64,000 nt of DNA from an uncultured Sphingomonadales bacterium (lineage in GTDB: Bacteria > Pseudomonadota > Alphaproteobacteria > Sphingomonadales > Sphingomonadaceae). The notes under the pieces are model-generated. The model ran no database searches. It saw only the letters and a program-made list of their open reading frames with translations, and had not been told where the DNA came from. Below are positions 1 to 10,195 of this stretch, piece by piece. Where the stretch lies: the NCBI GenBank assembly GCA_903821605.1, contig CAIJLZ010000018.1, positions 13,681-77,680 of the forward strand. The letters are read 5' to 3'. Both the position numbers and the translations under genes were made by a program. Every line of letters starts with the position of its first letter. Positions within the stretch are counted from its first letter, which is position 1.

Positions 1-945
1 GAACTGGTGCCGCAGCGGTTTGAGCCGCAAGGCGTCGTCCATGGCGTGATGCATGGCCGCTTCTCCGCCGCTGCGCAAGGCAGTTAACAGGTCAACCTTG
101 TCGTCATGACCAAGGCAAAGATAGAGCCGCCCCGTCGCCGATAGCCGGACACGGTTGCAGCCATCGCAGAAATTATTGCTGAGTGGGGTGATCAGGCCAA
201 GCTTCAACCCCAGTTCGCCAACCCGCCAATAGCGCGCCGGCCCACCGCTGGTTTCTTCCAGCGGGGCAAGGCTATATTCGCGTTCGATCTGGTCACGCAC
301 CAGATTGAGCGGGAGATAGCGGTCGGTGCGATCTTCGTCGATGTGCCCCAATGGCATGGTCTCGATCAGCGTCAGGCCATGGCCTTCGGCGGCGCACCAG
401 CGCATCATCGGCAGAATCTGATCCTCGTTCAGTCCCTTGAGCGCGACCATGTTGATCTTGACCTGCAACCCGGCCTGCGTGGCCGCGCGAATGCCGGTGA
501 GGGTCTGGTCGAGATCGCCGCGCCGTGTGATGTAACGGAAATTTGCGGCGTCCAGCGTATCAAGGCTGACATTGACGCGGCGAATGCCCGCTGCGGCCAG
601 CGCGTCGGCATGGCGATCAAGCTGGGTCGCGTTGGTCGTGATCGTCAGCTCATCAAGGCCGTTTCCACCCAGTCGACGTCCGATATGGGCGGCCAGCGTA
701 TCGATCCCGCGACGCACCAGCGGTTCGCCGCCGGTCAGGCGAATCTTGGTGACGCCACGATCAATGAAAGCGTCGGCGATCTGGCCCGCTTCCTCAATCG
801 ACATCACCGCTTCGCGTGGCAGAAAGCTCATCGTCTCCGCCATGCAATAGCGGCATCGCATGTCGCAGCGATCAGTCACCGACAGCCGCAAATAGCGGAT
901 GCGGCGTCCGAACGGGTCGATCAGGGCGGTGGTATTGGCGGTCAA
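1..945 (-). CDS. moaA: GTP 3',8-cyclase MoaA (radical SAM), 3' end runs off the window
   Basis: Absent from the ORF track because no stop lies in the window. Reverse-strand translation from TTG at 945 reads LTANTTALIDPFGRRIRYLRLSVTDRCDMRCRYCMAE...VTKIRLTGGEPLVRR. This shows the radical-SAM CxxxCxxC and GGEP motifs typical of MoaA. An AGGAGG lies about 4 nt upstream of the TTG. Confidence 0.85.
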   Translation of the reverse strand, partial: MTANTTALIDPFGRRIRYLRLSVTDRCDMRCRYCMAETMSFLPREAVMSIEEAGQIADAFIDRGVTKIRLTGGEPLVRRGIDTLAAHIGRRLGGNGLDELTITTNATQLDRHADALAAAGIRRVNVSLDTLDAANFRYITRRGDLDQTLTGIRAATQAGLQVKINMVALKGLNEDQILPMMRWCAAEGHGLTLIETMPLGHIDEDRTDRYLPLNLVRDQIEREYSLAPLEETSGGPARYWRVGELGLKLGLITPLSNNFCDGCNRVRLSATGRLYLCLGHDDKVDLLTALRSGGEAAMHHAMDDALRLKPLRHQF

Positions 946-964
946 TTACCCTCCTGTGGCGGTG

Positions 965-2545
965 TTAAGCCGCCAGTGCCTCGGCGATCAGTCGGCGGCT
1001 GTTGCCGATGCCATAGAGCGCGATGAAGCTGCCCATACGCGGCCCAGCCGACGATCCGAGTAATGTCTCATATAATGCCTTGAACCAGTCACGCAAATTT
1101 TCGAAGCCCGCTTCCTTGCCAATGGCATAGACGATGTTCTGAATATCCTCGCCCGATGTGTCGGGTGAAAGGGTCGCCAGTTCATCGTCAAGCCGCTGCA
1201 AGGCGGCGATTTCGATGCCCTCCGGCTTGCGGCGCACGAGGGTTGGTGCGACGAAATCGCGATTATAGGCCAGCGCATTGCCGATCAGCCGGTCAAGTTC
1301 CGGATATTGTGCCGCCGACGCCCCGGCGACATAATTGCCGAGATAGGCCCAGACCCGGTCCTTGGTCGCGTCCGCGCCCATCACGCCCACAAGGTTGAGC
1401 AACAGGCCATAGGTGACCGGCAGCACGTTGGTCGGCACCTTGCCACCATGGATGTGGTGGACCGGGTTGCCGAGTTGCTTGTCGAGATCCTGGGTCGGAT
1501 AATTGCCACGGAATTGCAGATATTCGTCAACCGCGCGCGGGATCACCCCGATATGAAGCTGCTTGGCGCTTTTCGGCTCGCGATAGGCGTAGAAGGCAAG
1601 GCTCTCTTCCGAGCCATAGGTCAGCCATTCCTCCAACGACAGGCCATTGCCCTTGGATTTGGAGATTTTCTCGCCCTTGTCGTCCAGGAACATCTCATAG
1701 ATCAGCCCTTCGGGCTTGTTGCCGCCCAGCACACGGGCGATCTTGCCCGATTGCACGCCGCTGTCGGTCAGGTCCTTGCCGTACATTTCATAATCGACGC
1801 CAATCGTGACCCACCGCATCGCCCAGTCGACCTTCCACTGGAGCTTTGCGCCACCTTTGAGGATGCAATGCTCGATCATCTTGCCGTCGTCCTCGAACCG
1901 GACAATGCCGGCATCGGCGTCGACCACCTCGATCGGGACCTGCAAAACCACACCGCTGGTCGGCGAGATCGGCAAGATCGGCGAATAGGTCGCGGCCCGT
2001 TCGGCGCGCAGCGTCGGCAGCATGATGTCGAGAATGTCCTGATTGTGGCGCAGGACATTGCGCAGCGCGTCGTCAAACGCGCCCGATTTGTAATGGTCGG
2101 TTGAAGAGCGAAACTCATATTCAAAGCCGAACTGGTCGAGAAAACGCCGCAGCATCGCGTTATTGTGATGCGCGAAGCTTTCATATTCGCCGAACGGATC
2201 GGGAATGTCGGTCAGCGGCTTGCCGAGATGGGTGCGCAACAGTTGCTGATTGGGGACATTGTCCGGCACCTTGCGCAGCCCGTCCATATCGTCGCTGAAC
2301 GCGATCAGCTTGGTCGGCATGTCCGACATTTCTTCAAACGCGCGCCGCACCATGGTGGTGCGCAATACCTCGTTGAAGGTGCCGATATGCGGGAGGCCCG
2401 AGGGGCCATAGCCGGTCTCGAAAATCACCGGAATCGGCTTGCCATCCGGCCCGGTCTTGGGCTGGGGATAGCGTTTCAACACCCGGCGCGCCTCTTCATA
2501 GGGCCATGCCTTGGACTTGAGCGCCGCTTCCCTCAGTTCGTTCAC
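965..2545 (-). CDS. lysK: lysyl-tRNA synthetase, class I
   Basis: 526-aa ORF with the HIGH-type motif LPHIGTFNEV and the KMSKS-type motif KISKSKGNG. Length and architecture match class I LysRS as found in alphaproteobacteria. Confidence 0.9.
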   Translation of the reverse strand: MNELREAALKSKAWPYEEARRVLKRYPQPKTGPDGKPIPVIFETGYGPSGLPHIGTFNEVLRTTMVRRAFEEMSDMPTKLIAFSDDMDGLRKVPDNVPNQQLLRTHLGKPLTDIPDPFGEYESFAHHNNAMLRRFLDQFGFEYEFRSSTDHYKSGAFDDALRNVLRHNQDILDIMLPTLRAERAATYSPILPISPTSGVVLQVPIEVVDADAGIVRFEDDGKMIEHCILKGGAKLQWKVDWAMRWVTIGVDYEMYGKDLTDSGVQSGKIARVLGGNKPEGLIYEMFLDDKGEKISKSKGNGLSLEEWLTYGSEESLAFYAYREPKSAKQLHIGVIPRAVDEYLQFRGNYPTQDLDKQLGNPVHHIHGGKVPTNVLPVTYGLLLNLVGVMGADATKDRVWAYLGNYVAGASAAQYPELDRLIGNALAYNRDFVAPTLVRRKPEGIEIAALQRLDDELATLSPDTSGEDIQNIVYAIGKEAGFENLRDWFKALYETLLGSSAGPRMGSFIALYGIGNSRRLIAEALAA

Positions 2546-2663
2546 GTTGTCATTCCCCGAAATTTGGTCTTAATACAGATATGCAGTTCCGCTCCCATCG
2601 GGGGGAGCTGTATTTCGCTGCAATATTGCGTTGCAGCGCTAGGACAGACGGCGGAGGGATGCA

Positions 2664-3230
2664 ATGGGTACACTGCTGGCTGGTGTGATTGTGTGGATGG
2701 CGGCGCACCTCATCCCGTCGATGCTCGTGCCGCTGCGCGAGGCGCTGTGGCGAAGGCTGGGCTGGGCGTCGCGCGGGCTGATGGCTGCGCTGATTTTGTC
2801 GGGCCTCTATCTGATGGTGACGGGCTGGCGCGAGACGGTGCCGGTTGCGGTCTATGATCCGCCGGTCTGGGGACGCCATTTCAACATGGCGTTGATGTAT
2901 GTGGCGGTGTTGTTGCTCTTGGTCGGGCGCGGTCGTTCGCGGATCAAGGGCTGGCTGCGGCATCCGATGCTGACCGGAACGATCTTATGGGCGGTTGGGC
3001 ATTTGTTGGCGAATGGCGACCATCGTTCAATCCTGTTGTTCGCCGGTCTGGGCCTTTGGGCGGCGGTGGAAATCGTCGCGATCGACCGGCGCGACGGCCA
3101 TCCGCCATTGCCAACCGACAAACCCGGTGTGGCGCGCGAAGGCTTGAACCTGTTGGCGGCTGCGCTGGTCTATGGCGCGTTGCTTGTGGGTCATGGGTAT
3201 TTCGCGGGGGTGCCGCTCCTGCCGGCGTAA
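2664..3230 (+). CDS. NnrU-family integral membrane protein
   Basis: 188 aa with several hydrophobic helices. The sequence (LIPSMLVPLRE...WAVGHLLANGD) resembles the NnrU family. GGAGGG lies upstream of the ATG. Confidence 0.65.
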   Translation: MGTLLAGVIVWMAAHLIPSMLVPLREALWRRLGWASRGLMAALILSGLYLMVTGWRETVPVAVYDPPVWGRHFNMALMYVAVLLLLVGRGRSRIKGWLRHPMLTGTILWAVGHLLANGDHRSILLFAGLGLWAAVEIVAIDRRDGHPPLPTDKPGVAREGLNLLAAALVYGALLVGHGYFAGVPLLPA

Positions 3231-3267
3231 GCGGGCGGGGCCGGGGCTGCGGTGAAAGCAGCGGCCG

Positions 3268-6099
3268 ATGCGGGTCATGATCCCGTCGAATCCGGTTGAA
3301 ATCCCGGGCGCGAACGCCCAAAACTGCGCCATGTATCCCGTAGACACTCTCCCGCCCGCGCTCCATGCCAGCCATAGTGGCACATGGATGGCCGGCAGCG
3401 ATGGCGACAGCCGCGCAGTGGGGAGGGGCGAGGCGATTGCCCGGCTATCGGATACGCCCACGATCATCCTCAATGCCCCGCTGGTGGCGCAGCGGCTTGG
3501 CTTGCCCGAACTGTCCGGGCTGGATGTGCTTGAACTCATCGCCTTTATCTATCCGGCGCGATTTGTGGTGCCGACGCCGGGCGGGCTGGCGCGGTTTCTG
3601 GGGTTGGAGCCGCCCGCCAGCGATACCGACGCCGCCCCGTTTTTGCGGCGGGCGGTGGCGCATATCTTCACCCAACTGACGAGCGGCGATTGGCCGGAAC
3701 GTGTCGGGGCATGGACGAGCGGCCAGTCGCTCGCCCGGTTGCGCTGGTCATGGGCGCCGCTGCTTGGCAAGCTGATCCGCCAGCCGGGCGAGTCCGAGCC
3801 ATGGCTGTTTTCCCGCCTGCCGGAATGGGAGGAAGTCGGCGATCTGCCGCCGCCGCGCACGGTTCGCCTGTCTCCGCTCGCGGTGCAGGATCAATTAGCC
3901 GGGCTGGTTGGCGAGCATGGCGAGATCCGCCTTGGCCAGCAGGAATTTGCACAGGCCGCGACCAGTGTCTTTGACCCCCGCCCCGGCGTGGACCAGCCCA
4001 ATCTCCTGCTTGCGGAAGCGGGGACCGGGATTGGCAAGACCTATGGCTATCTTGCCCCAAGCGCGGCATGGGTCGAGGCCTCGGGCGGAACGGTGTGGCT
4101 TTCCACCTATACCAAGGCGCTGCAACGCCAATTGAACCGCGAAACGACCCGGCTCTATCCCAATGCGGACGAACGTCGCCGCAAGGTCGTGGTGCGCAAG
4201 GGGCGGGAAAATTACCTCTGCCTGCTCAATCTGGAAGATGCGTTGCAGGGTGGCTTTGCCGGGCGCGCGGCGATCCTTGCCCAATTGGTGGCGCGCTGGG
4301 CGGCCTATAGTCAGGACGGTGACATGGTCGGCGGCGATTTGCCCGGCTGGTTGCCCACCTTGTTCCGTCGCGCAGGGGCGACGGCGCTGACCGACCGGCG
4401 AGGCGAGTGCGTTTATGCAGGTTGCCCGCATTATCGCCGCTGCTTCATCGAACGCGCTAGCCGGGCATCGGCTGGGGCGGATATCGTTATCGCCAATCAT
4501 GCGCTGGTGATGCTGTTGGCAGAACGCCAGCGCAACGAGGCGCGTGGCTTGAAGCGCATCGTGTTCGACGAAGGTCATCATGTCCATGATGCCGCGGATT
4601 CAACCTTCTCGCTGGCGCTGACCGGGCAAGAGGCGGTTGAATTGCGGCGCTGGATTATCGGTCCGGAAGGTCGTCATCGTGGGCGGCGGCGTGGATTGTC
4701 GGCGCGGTTGATGGATGTGGCCAGCTATGATGAGGCGGGTGGTGAGGCCTTGAACGCCATCGTCAACGCTGCGCAGGCATTGCCGGGCGAAGGCTGGTTG
4801 GCCCGGATTACCGAGGGCGATCCGTTCGGCCCGCTGGAGGCGCTGCTCGGCGCGCTGCGGGCGACGGTCTATGCGCGGGCCGATGCGCAGGATGCCGGTT
4901 ATAGTCTGGAGACCGAAGCCGCCGAACTGGATGGGGCGCTGATCGCGGCGGTTGGCCCGGCGATGCAGGCACTTGAGGCGATCATGCAGCCGATGATCCG
5001 TCTGCGTTCACGCCTGATGGCGGTGATTGAGGAACAGCCGGACTGGCTGGACGGGCAGGCGCGGGCGCGGGTCGAAGGCGCGCTCAACAGCCTTAACTGG
5101 CGCGCCCAATTATTGGGTGGCTGGCTTGCGATGCTGGGCCGCTTGGGTGGCGTGGCCGATCCGGATTTTGTCGACTGGCTCGCGGTGGACCGGGGCGATG
5201 GGCGTGAATTCGACATCGGCATGCATCGCCACTGGCTTGATCCGGGCAAGCCCTTTGCCGCCACCGTGCTCAAGCCCGCCGATGGCGTGCTGATGGCGTC
5301 GGCCACCTTGCGCGGCAGCGAAGATTGGGGTGTCGCCGAACAGCGCGCGGGGGTGAATTGGGTCGACGCCCCGGTGCGCCATTTTGCGGCGTCCAGCCCA
5401 TTTGATTATGCGCGGCAGGCTGAAATCCTGATCGTGACTGATATCAAGCGCGGCGATGTGGCCGGATTGGCCGGGGCCTATGCGGCCTTGATTCAGGCAA
5501 GCGGCGGCGGGACGCTGGGTCTGTTTACCTCGATTCAACGCCTGCGACAGGTGCACGCCCGCATCGCCGACCGGTTGGCGCGTGAGGGCTTGCCGCTGTT
5601 CGCGCAGCATGTGGATCCGATTGATACCGGGACATTGGTCGATATTTTCCGCGACGACCCTCATGCCTCATTGATGGGGACGGATGCGTTGCGCGACGGG
5701 GTGGATGTGCCCGGTCATTCGCTGCGGATGGTGGTGATGGAGGGTGTGCCTTGGCCCCGCCCGACGGTGCTGCATGCGGCGCGGCGCGCGGCGTTTGGCG
5801 GCCAGTCGCATGATGACCGGCTGATCCGGGCGCGCATGGCGCAGGCATTTGGCCGCCTGATCCGCAAGCAGGATGATCGGGGGATGTTCGTGCTGCTGTC
5901 ATCGGCGATGCCATCGCGCTTCCTTAGCGCATTTCCGGCCGGCACGCCGGTGCGCCGGATGACATTGGCCGATGCTATTGCCGAGGTGAGACGGAAATTG
6001 TCGCCCGATGGTCTTTCATCTGACACAGATTTGCGGCATCAGCAGGGCCAAGACGAGCCGGGCGGTGTGCTGCCGCCGGTGCAACCGGAGAGCCCATGA
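3268..6099 (+). CDS. ATP-dependent DNA helicase, DinG/XPD-like with a 4-Cys Fe-S cluster
   Basis: 943-aa ORF with Walker A AGTGIGKT and motif II DEGHH. Four Cys lie between them (NYLCLL, GECVYAGCPHYRRC), as in Fe-S helicases of the XPD/DinG family. The exact start is uncertain. Confidence 0.8.
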   Translation: MRVMIPSNPVEIPGANAQNCAMYPVDTLPPALHASHSGTWMAGSDGDSRAVGRGEAIARLSDTPTIILNAPLVAQRLGLPELSGLDVLELIAFIYPARFVVPTPGGLARFLGLEPPASDTDAAPFLRRAVAHIFTQLTSGDWPERVGAWTSGQSLARLRWSWAPLLGKLIRQPGESEPWLFSRLPEWEEVGDLPPPRTVRLSPLAVQDQLAGLVGEHGEIRLGQQEFAQAATSVFDPRPGVDQPNLLLAEAGTGIGKTYGYLAPSAAWVEASGGTVWLSTYTKALQRQLNRETTRLYPNADERRRKVVVRKGRENYLCLLNLEDALQGGFAGRAAILAQLVARWAAYSQDGDMVGGDLPGWLPTLFRRAGATALTDRRGECVYAGCPHYRRCFIERASRASAGADIVIANHALVMLLAERQRNEARGLKRIVFDEGHHVHDAADSTFSLALTGQEAVELRRWIIGPEGRHRGRRRGLSARLMDVASYDEAGGEALNAIVNAAQALPGEGWLARITEGDPFGPLEALLGALRATVYARADAQDAGYSLETEAAELDGALIAAVGPAMQALEAIMQPMIRLRSRLMAVIEEQPDWLDGQARARVEGALNSLNWRAQLLGGWLAMLGRLGGVADPDFVDWLAVDRGDGREFDIGMHRHWLDPGKPFAATVLKPADGVLMASATLRGSEDWGVAEQRAGVNWVDAPVRHFAASSPFDYARQAEILIVTDIKRGDVAGLAGAYAALIQASGGGTLGLFTSIQRLRQVHARIADRLAREGLPLFAQHVDPIDTGTLVDIFRDDPHASLMGTDALRDGVDVPGHSLRMVVMEGVPWPRPTVLHAARRAAFGGQSHDDRLIRARMAQAFGRLIRKQDDRGMFVLLSSAMPSRFLSAFPAGTPVRRMTLADAIAEVRRKLSPDGLSSDTDLRHQQGQDEPGGVLPPVQPESP

Positions 6100-6638
6100 A
6101 ACGCCTGATCCTGTTCCGCCACGCCAAGTCCGGATGGGAAGACGCGGTTTCGCGCGATTTCGACCGTCCGCTTAACGCGCGCGGGCGTAAGGGCGCGCAA
6201 TTGATGGGGCAGAAGCTGCGCGAGCTTGGCCCGCGCTTCGATCATGTGCTGGCCTCGCCCGCGATCCGCGTGGTGGAGACGATCGAGGAATTTGAAAAAG
6301 CCTTTGGCGCCCCGTTGGAGCCTGAATGGGAAAAGCGCATTTATCTCGCCTCGTGCATGACCCTGCTTGATGTCGTGCATGATGCGGATGACCGGTTCGA
6401 GGCGATCTTGATGGTCGGGCACAATCCCGGTCTGGAAGATATGGTGCTGATGCTGGTGCCCGATGATGGCAAAAGCCCGGAACGCGACGAGATCGAAGAG
6501 AAATTGCCGACTTCCGCGATTGTCGAGCTGACATTTGATTGCGACCGTTGGGCGGATATCGAGCCTCGTTCTGCCCGTCTGACCCGGCTGATGCGGCCGC
6601 GCGACTTTGATCCCGATCTGGGACCGCATCGCGACTGA
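6096..6638 (+). CDS. histidine phosphatase family protein (SixA-like)
   Basis: 180 aa with the LFRHAKS catalytic motif and a later VGHNPG motif. The start overlaps the helicase stop as ATGA. Confidence 0.75.
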   Translation: MKRLILFRHAKSGWEDAVSRDFDRPLNARGRKGAQLMGQKLRELGPRFDHVLASPAIRVVETIEEFEKAFGAPLEPEWEKRIYLASCMTLLDVVHDADDRFEAILMVGHNPGLEDMVLMLVPDDGKSPERDEIEEKLPTSAIVELTFDCDRWADIEPRSARLTRLMRPRDFDPDLGPHRD

Positions 6639-6694
6639 TCCAGCCGCCCCCGATCAACGAGCCTAGCTCAAGTTTCAGCCATGGAGCGTTCCCG

Positions 6695-7702
6695 ATGACA
6701 TCAACCAAGCCCAATGTTCTTGTCACTGGCGGCGCCGGTTATATCGGCAGCCATGCGGTGCTGGCGCTGCTGGATGCTGGTTATCAGGTGGTGGTGATCG
6801 ATAATCTCTCCACCGGCTTTCGCTGGGCAGTCGATGAGCGTGCGAGTTTCGTCGAAGGGCGGATCGAGGATGAAGCGTTGGTGCAGGGGTTGCTGCATCG
6901 TCACGCGGTTGGGGCAATTATGCATTTCGCCGGGTCGATCATCGTGCCGGAATCGGTTGAAAACCCGCTCAAATATTATCGCAATAACACCGCCGCGACA
7001 CGGACATTGTTGGAAAGCGCGGTGATTTGTGGGGTGAAGCATTTCATCTTCTCGTCCACCGCCGCGACCTATGGCACGCCCGAACATGTGCCGGTCAAGG
7101 AAAGTGATCCGACGCGGCCAATCAATCCCTATGGCACGTCGAAGCTGATGACCGAGATGATGCTGGCCGATGTCGCCAAGGCCTATCCGATGAATTATGG
7201 CGTGCTGCGCTATTTCAACGTGGCGGGTGCCGACCCGAAGGGGCGGACCGGCCAATCGACAGCGGGCGCAACGCATCTGATCAAGGTCGCGGTTGAGGCA
7301 GTGTTGGGCAAGCGCGAGCAGGTCGGCGTGTTCGGGACTGATTTCGACACGCCGGATGGCACCGGGGTGCGTGATTATATCCATGTCAGCGACCTTGCCG
7401 CCGCCCATGTCGTGGCGTTGCAGGCGCTGATCACCGCGCCGGCAGATAATTTCACGCTCAACTGTGGCTATGGCCATGGCTATTCGGTGTTGGAGGTGCT
7501 GGATACGGTGGAACGTGTCAGCAATCACAAGATCAACCGCGTGATGGAGGGACGGCGCGCGGGCGATCCGGCGGCGTTGATTGCGGACAACAGCGCAATT
7601 CTCGCGCGTCTCGCCTGGCGGCCAGAACGCGACGATCTTGAACAGATTGTCACGGACGCGCTCAATTGGGAGCGGGTGCTGGGTGAACGCGCCGGGCGCT
7701 GA
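6695..7702 (+). CDS. galE: UDP-glucose 4-epimerase
   Basis: 335 aa with the VLVTGGAGYIGSH Rossmann motif and YGTSK (YxxxK). Confidence 0.9.
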   Translation: MTSTKPNVLVTGGAGYIGSHAVLALLDAGYQVVVIDNLSTGFRWAVDERASFVEGRIEDEALVQGLLHRHAVGAIMHFAGSIIVPESVENPLKYYRNNTAATRTLLESAVICGVKHFIFSSTAATYGTPEHVPVKESDPTRPINPYGTSKLMTEMMLADVAKAYPMNYGVLRYFNVAGADPKGRTGQSTAGATHLIKVAVEAVLGKREQVGVFGTDFDTPDGTGVRDYIHVSDLAAAHVVALQALITAPADNFTLNCGYGHGYSVLEVLDTVERVSNHKINRVMEGRRAGDPAALIADNSAILARLAWRPERDDLEQIVTDALNWERVLGERAGR

Positions 7703-7793
7703 GGCCAAGGTTAAACAAGATTTATCATGAAGTCGGCGTTCGTGGCTCGGGCGCTCATTGCCATGACCGCACCTCTTCCTCTAGTATTGGGTC

Positions 7794-10079
7794 ATGCCAG
7801 AAACCGACCCAAATTCGCCTGCCCTTGCCGCCCGCAACATCCTGCGGAGCCTGCATGATATCATGGCCTCGCGGAATAGCCCGCAGGCCAAGCTGAATCA
7901 GGTCGTTCAGGTCATCGGTGAGGCGCTGCATTCCGAGGTCTGCTCCATCTATTTGCTGCGCGATGGTGCGCTTGAACTCTACGCGACGCGCGGCCTTAAT
8001 CAGGAAGCGGTGCACGTCACCAAGCTGGCACTGGGTGAGGGGTTGGTCGGGAAAATTGCCGAAAATGTCGAGGTGCTGAACCTTGATGAGGCGATGGCGC
8101 ATCCTGACTTTGCCTATAAGCCCGAGACCGGCGAAGAAATGTTCCATAGCTTCGCCGGGGTGCCGATCGTGCGGCGGGAGGCGGCGATTGGCGTCCTCTC
8201 CGTTCAGCATGCTGACCCGCGCCGTTATGCCGAGGTCGAGATCGAGGCATTGCAGACCACCGCGATGGTGCTGTCCGAGCTGATCGCAGGTGCCGGGCTG
8301 GTCGATGCCGCCGCCGCGCGCGGCTTAAGCTCGCGCGATAGCGGGCCACAGGAACTCAAGGGCCTGAAATTGGTGGACGGCATGGCGATGGGTGTGGCCG
8401 TGTTCCACCAACCGCGCGTCACGGTTGAACATACCGTCGCCGAGGATACCGAAGCCGAGCGCCACCGCGTCTATTCCGCCTTTCGCAAGATGCGCGAACA
8501 GATTGATGCCATGGCCGCCCAAGCCGAATTCGGCGGGTCGGGCGAGCATCAAGACGTGCTCGATACCTATAAGATGTTCGCTTATGATGAGGGTTGGTCG
8601 CGCCGCATCAACGAGGCGATTGATAGCGGGCTGACGGCCGAGGCGGCGATTGAACGCGTGCAGCAGCGCACCCGGATGCGGATGCGGCAGATTCAGGACC
8701 CGTTGCTGGCCGAGCGCATGCACGATCTGGAGGATCTCTCCAACCGGCTGTTGCGGATTGTATCTGGCCAACTTGGCACCGCGGCGCAAATGGGGCTGCG
8801 GCAGGATACGATCCTGATCGCGCGCAATCTGGGCCCGGCTGAATTGTTGGAATATGACCGGCGGCGGTTAAAGGGCGTCATTCTCGAAGAAGGGTCGCTG
8901 ACCGCGCATGTCACTATCGTGGCGCGGGCCATGGGGGTGCCGGTGCTGGGCCGGGTGCCGAATGTCCGCCGGTTGATTGGCGAGGGCGACACATTGTTGC
9001 TGGATGTCGGGGCCTGTCAGGTGATTGTTCGCCCGACGCCGCCGATGGAAGATAGTTTCCTCGGCAAGCTGGCGCTGACCAACAAGAAGCGCGCCGAATA
9101 TGCCTCGTTGCGCGATCAGCCCGCGGTCATGAAAAATGGCGAGCGGATCAAGCTGATGGTCAACGCCGGGCTGCGCGACGATATCGGTGCGATGGATATC
9201 ATGGGCGCGGATGGGATCGGGCTATTTCGCACCGAATTTCAGTTCCTCGTCTCCGCGACATTGCCACAGCGCGAGCGCCAGCAGCGCCTTTACCGTGAAG
9301 TGCTGGACGCGGCGGGTGAGCGCGAGGTGGTGTTCCGCACCGTGGATATTGGGGGCGACAAGGCGCTGCCTTATCTGCGCGAAGAAGATCATGATGAGGA
9401 AAATCCCGCCATGGGTTGGCGCGCCATCCGCTTGTCGCTGGATCGCGATGGGTTGATGAAGGCGCAGGCGCGCGCGCTGATCGATGCGGCGGCGGGCAAT
9501 ACGCTCAACGTCATGTTCCCCATGGTATCCGAGCCTTGGGAATTCGACCGGGCGCGCGAATTGTTCGAGACGCAGAAAAACTGGGTGCTTGATCAGGGCC
9601 GTCCGTTGCCCGCGTTGATCCGCTATGGCTGCATGCTGGAAGTCCCGGCGCTTGCCGAATGGCTTGATGTGTTGCTGCCCAAGATCGACTTCCTTTCGAT
9701 CGGGACCAACGACCTGACGCAGTTTCTGTTCGCCGCCGACCGCGCCAATCCGCGATTGGCTGAACGTTATGACTGGCTGTCGCCCGCGATCCTCCGCTTC
9801 CTGCGTCGCGTGATCCGGGCCAGCCATGCGGGTGATGTGCCGGTCAGCATCTGCGGTGAAATGGGCGGGCGCAGGCTGGAAGCGATGGCGCTTGTCGGCA
9901 TGGGGGTGCAGCGCCTATCGGTGACCCCGGCGGCAGTCGGGCCATTGAAGGCGATGCTGCGCAATCTTGATCCGTCCGATCTTGGGCCAAAGCTTGATGC
10001 ATGGCTTGATCTGCCGGAACATCATATGCGCGAAAAACTCGCCGCCTATGCTGCCGAAAACGGCATTATAGTCGACTGA
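7794..10079 (+). CDS. ptsP: phosphoenolpyruvate-protein phosphotransferase PtsP (EI-Ntr)
   Basis: 761 aa with an N-terminal GAF-like region, the phospho-His region GSLTAHVTIVARAMGVP and the C-terminal motif FLSIGTNDLTQF. Confidence 0.9.
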   Translation: MPETDPNSPALAARNILRSLHDIMASRNSPQAKLNQVVQVIGEALHSEVCSIYLLRDGALELYATRGLNQEAVHVTKLALGEGLVGKIAENVEVLNLDEAMAHPDFAYKPETGEEMFHSFAGVPIVRREAAIGVLSVQHADPRRYAEVEIEALQTTAMVLSELIAGAGLVDAAAARGLSSRDSGPQELKGLKLVDGMAMGVAVFHQPRVTVEHTVAEDTEAERHRVYSAFRKMREQIDAMAAQAEFGGSGEHQDVLDTYKMFAYDEGWSRRINEAIDSGLTAEAAIERVQQRTRMRMRQIQDPLLAERMHDLEDLSNRLLRIVSGQLGTAAQMGLRQDTILIARNLGPAELLEYDRRRLKGVILEEGSLTAHVTIVARAMGVPVLGRVPNVRRLIGEGDTLLLDVGACQVIVRPTPPMEDSFLGKLALTNKKRAEYASLRDQPAVMKNGERIKLMVNAGLRDDIGAMDIMGADGIGLFRTEFQFLVSATLPQRERQQRLYREVLDAAGEREVVFRTVDIGGDKALPYLREEDHDEENPAMGWRAIRLSLDRDGLMKAQARALIDAAAGNTLNVMFPMVSEPWEFDRARELFETQKNWVLDQGRPLPALIRYGCMLEVPALAEWLDVLLPKIDFLSIGTNDLTQFLFAADRANPRLAERYDWLSPAILRFLRRVIRASHAGDVPVSICGEMGGRRLEAMALVGMGVQRLSVTPAAVGPLKAMLRNLDPSDLGPKLDAWLDLPEHHMREKLAAYAAENGIIVD

Positions 10080-10195
10080 AAAAGCGCTGGATATTTGTTG
10101 GTCAACTTGACATGACTATGGTGCCTTCAGGGCATCACAGGCAAATTGGCACTGGGTCGCACCGATTGTCATGAGCGCCATTGCAGGAGTGGTCG

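Noticed and set aside
6701-7708. 335-codon minus-strand ORF that mirrors galE almost exactly, with the same length and offset by 6 nt.
   Set aside because: This is an antisense shadow typical of high-GC genomes. galE on the plus strand has clear Rossmann and YxxxK motifs. The mirror translation is Arg/His/Pro-rich with no motifs.
10100-10140. TTGACA hexamer upstream of the rodZ-like gene, as a sigma-70 promoter.
   Set aside because: No acceptable -10 hexamer lies at 16-18 nt spacing. A single -35-like hexamer is not sufficient evidence.
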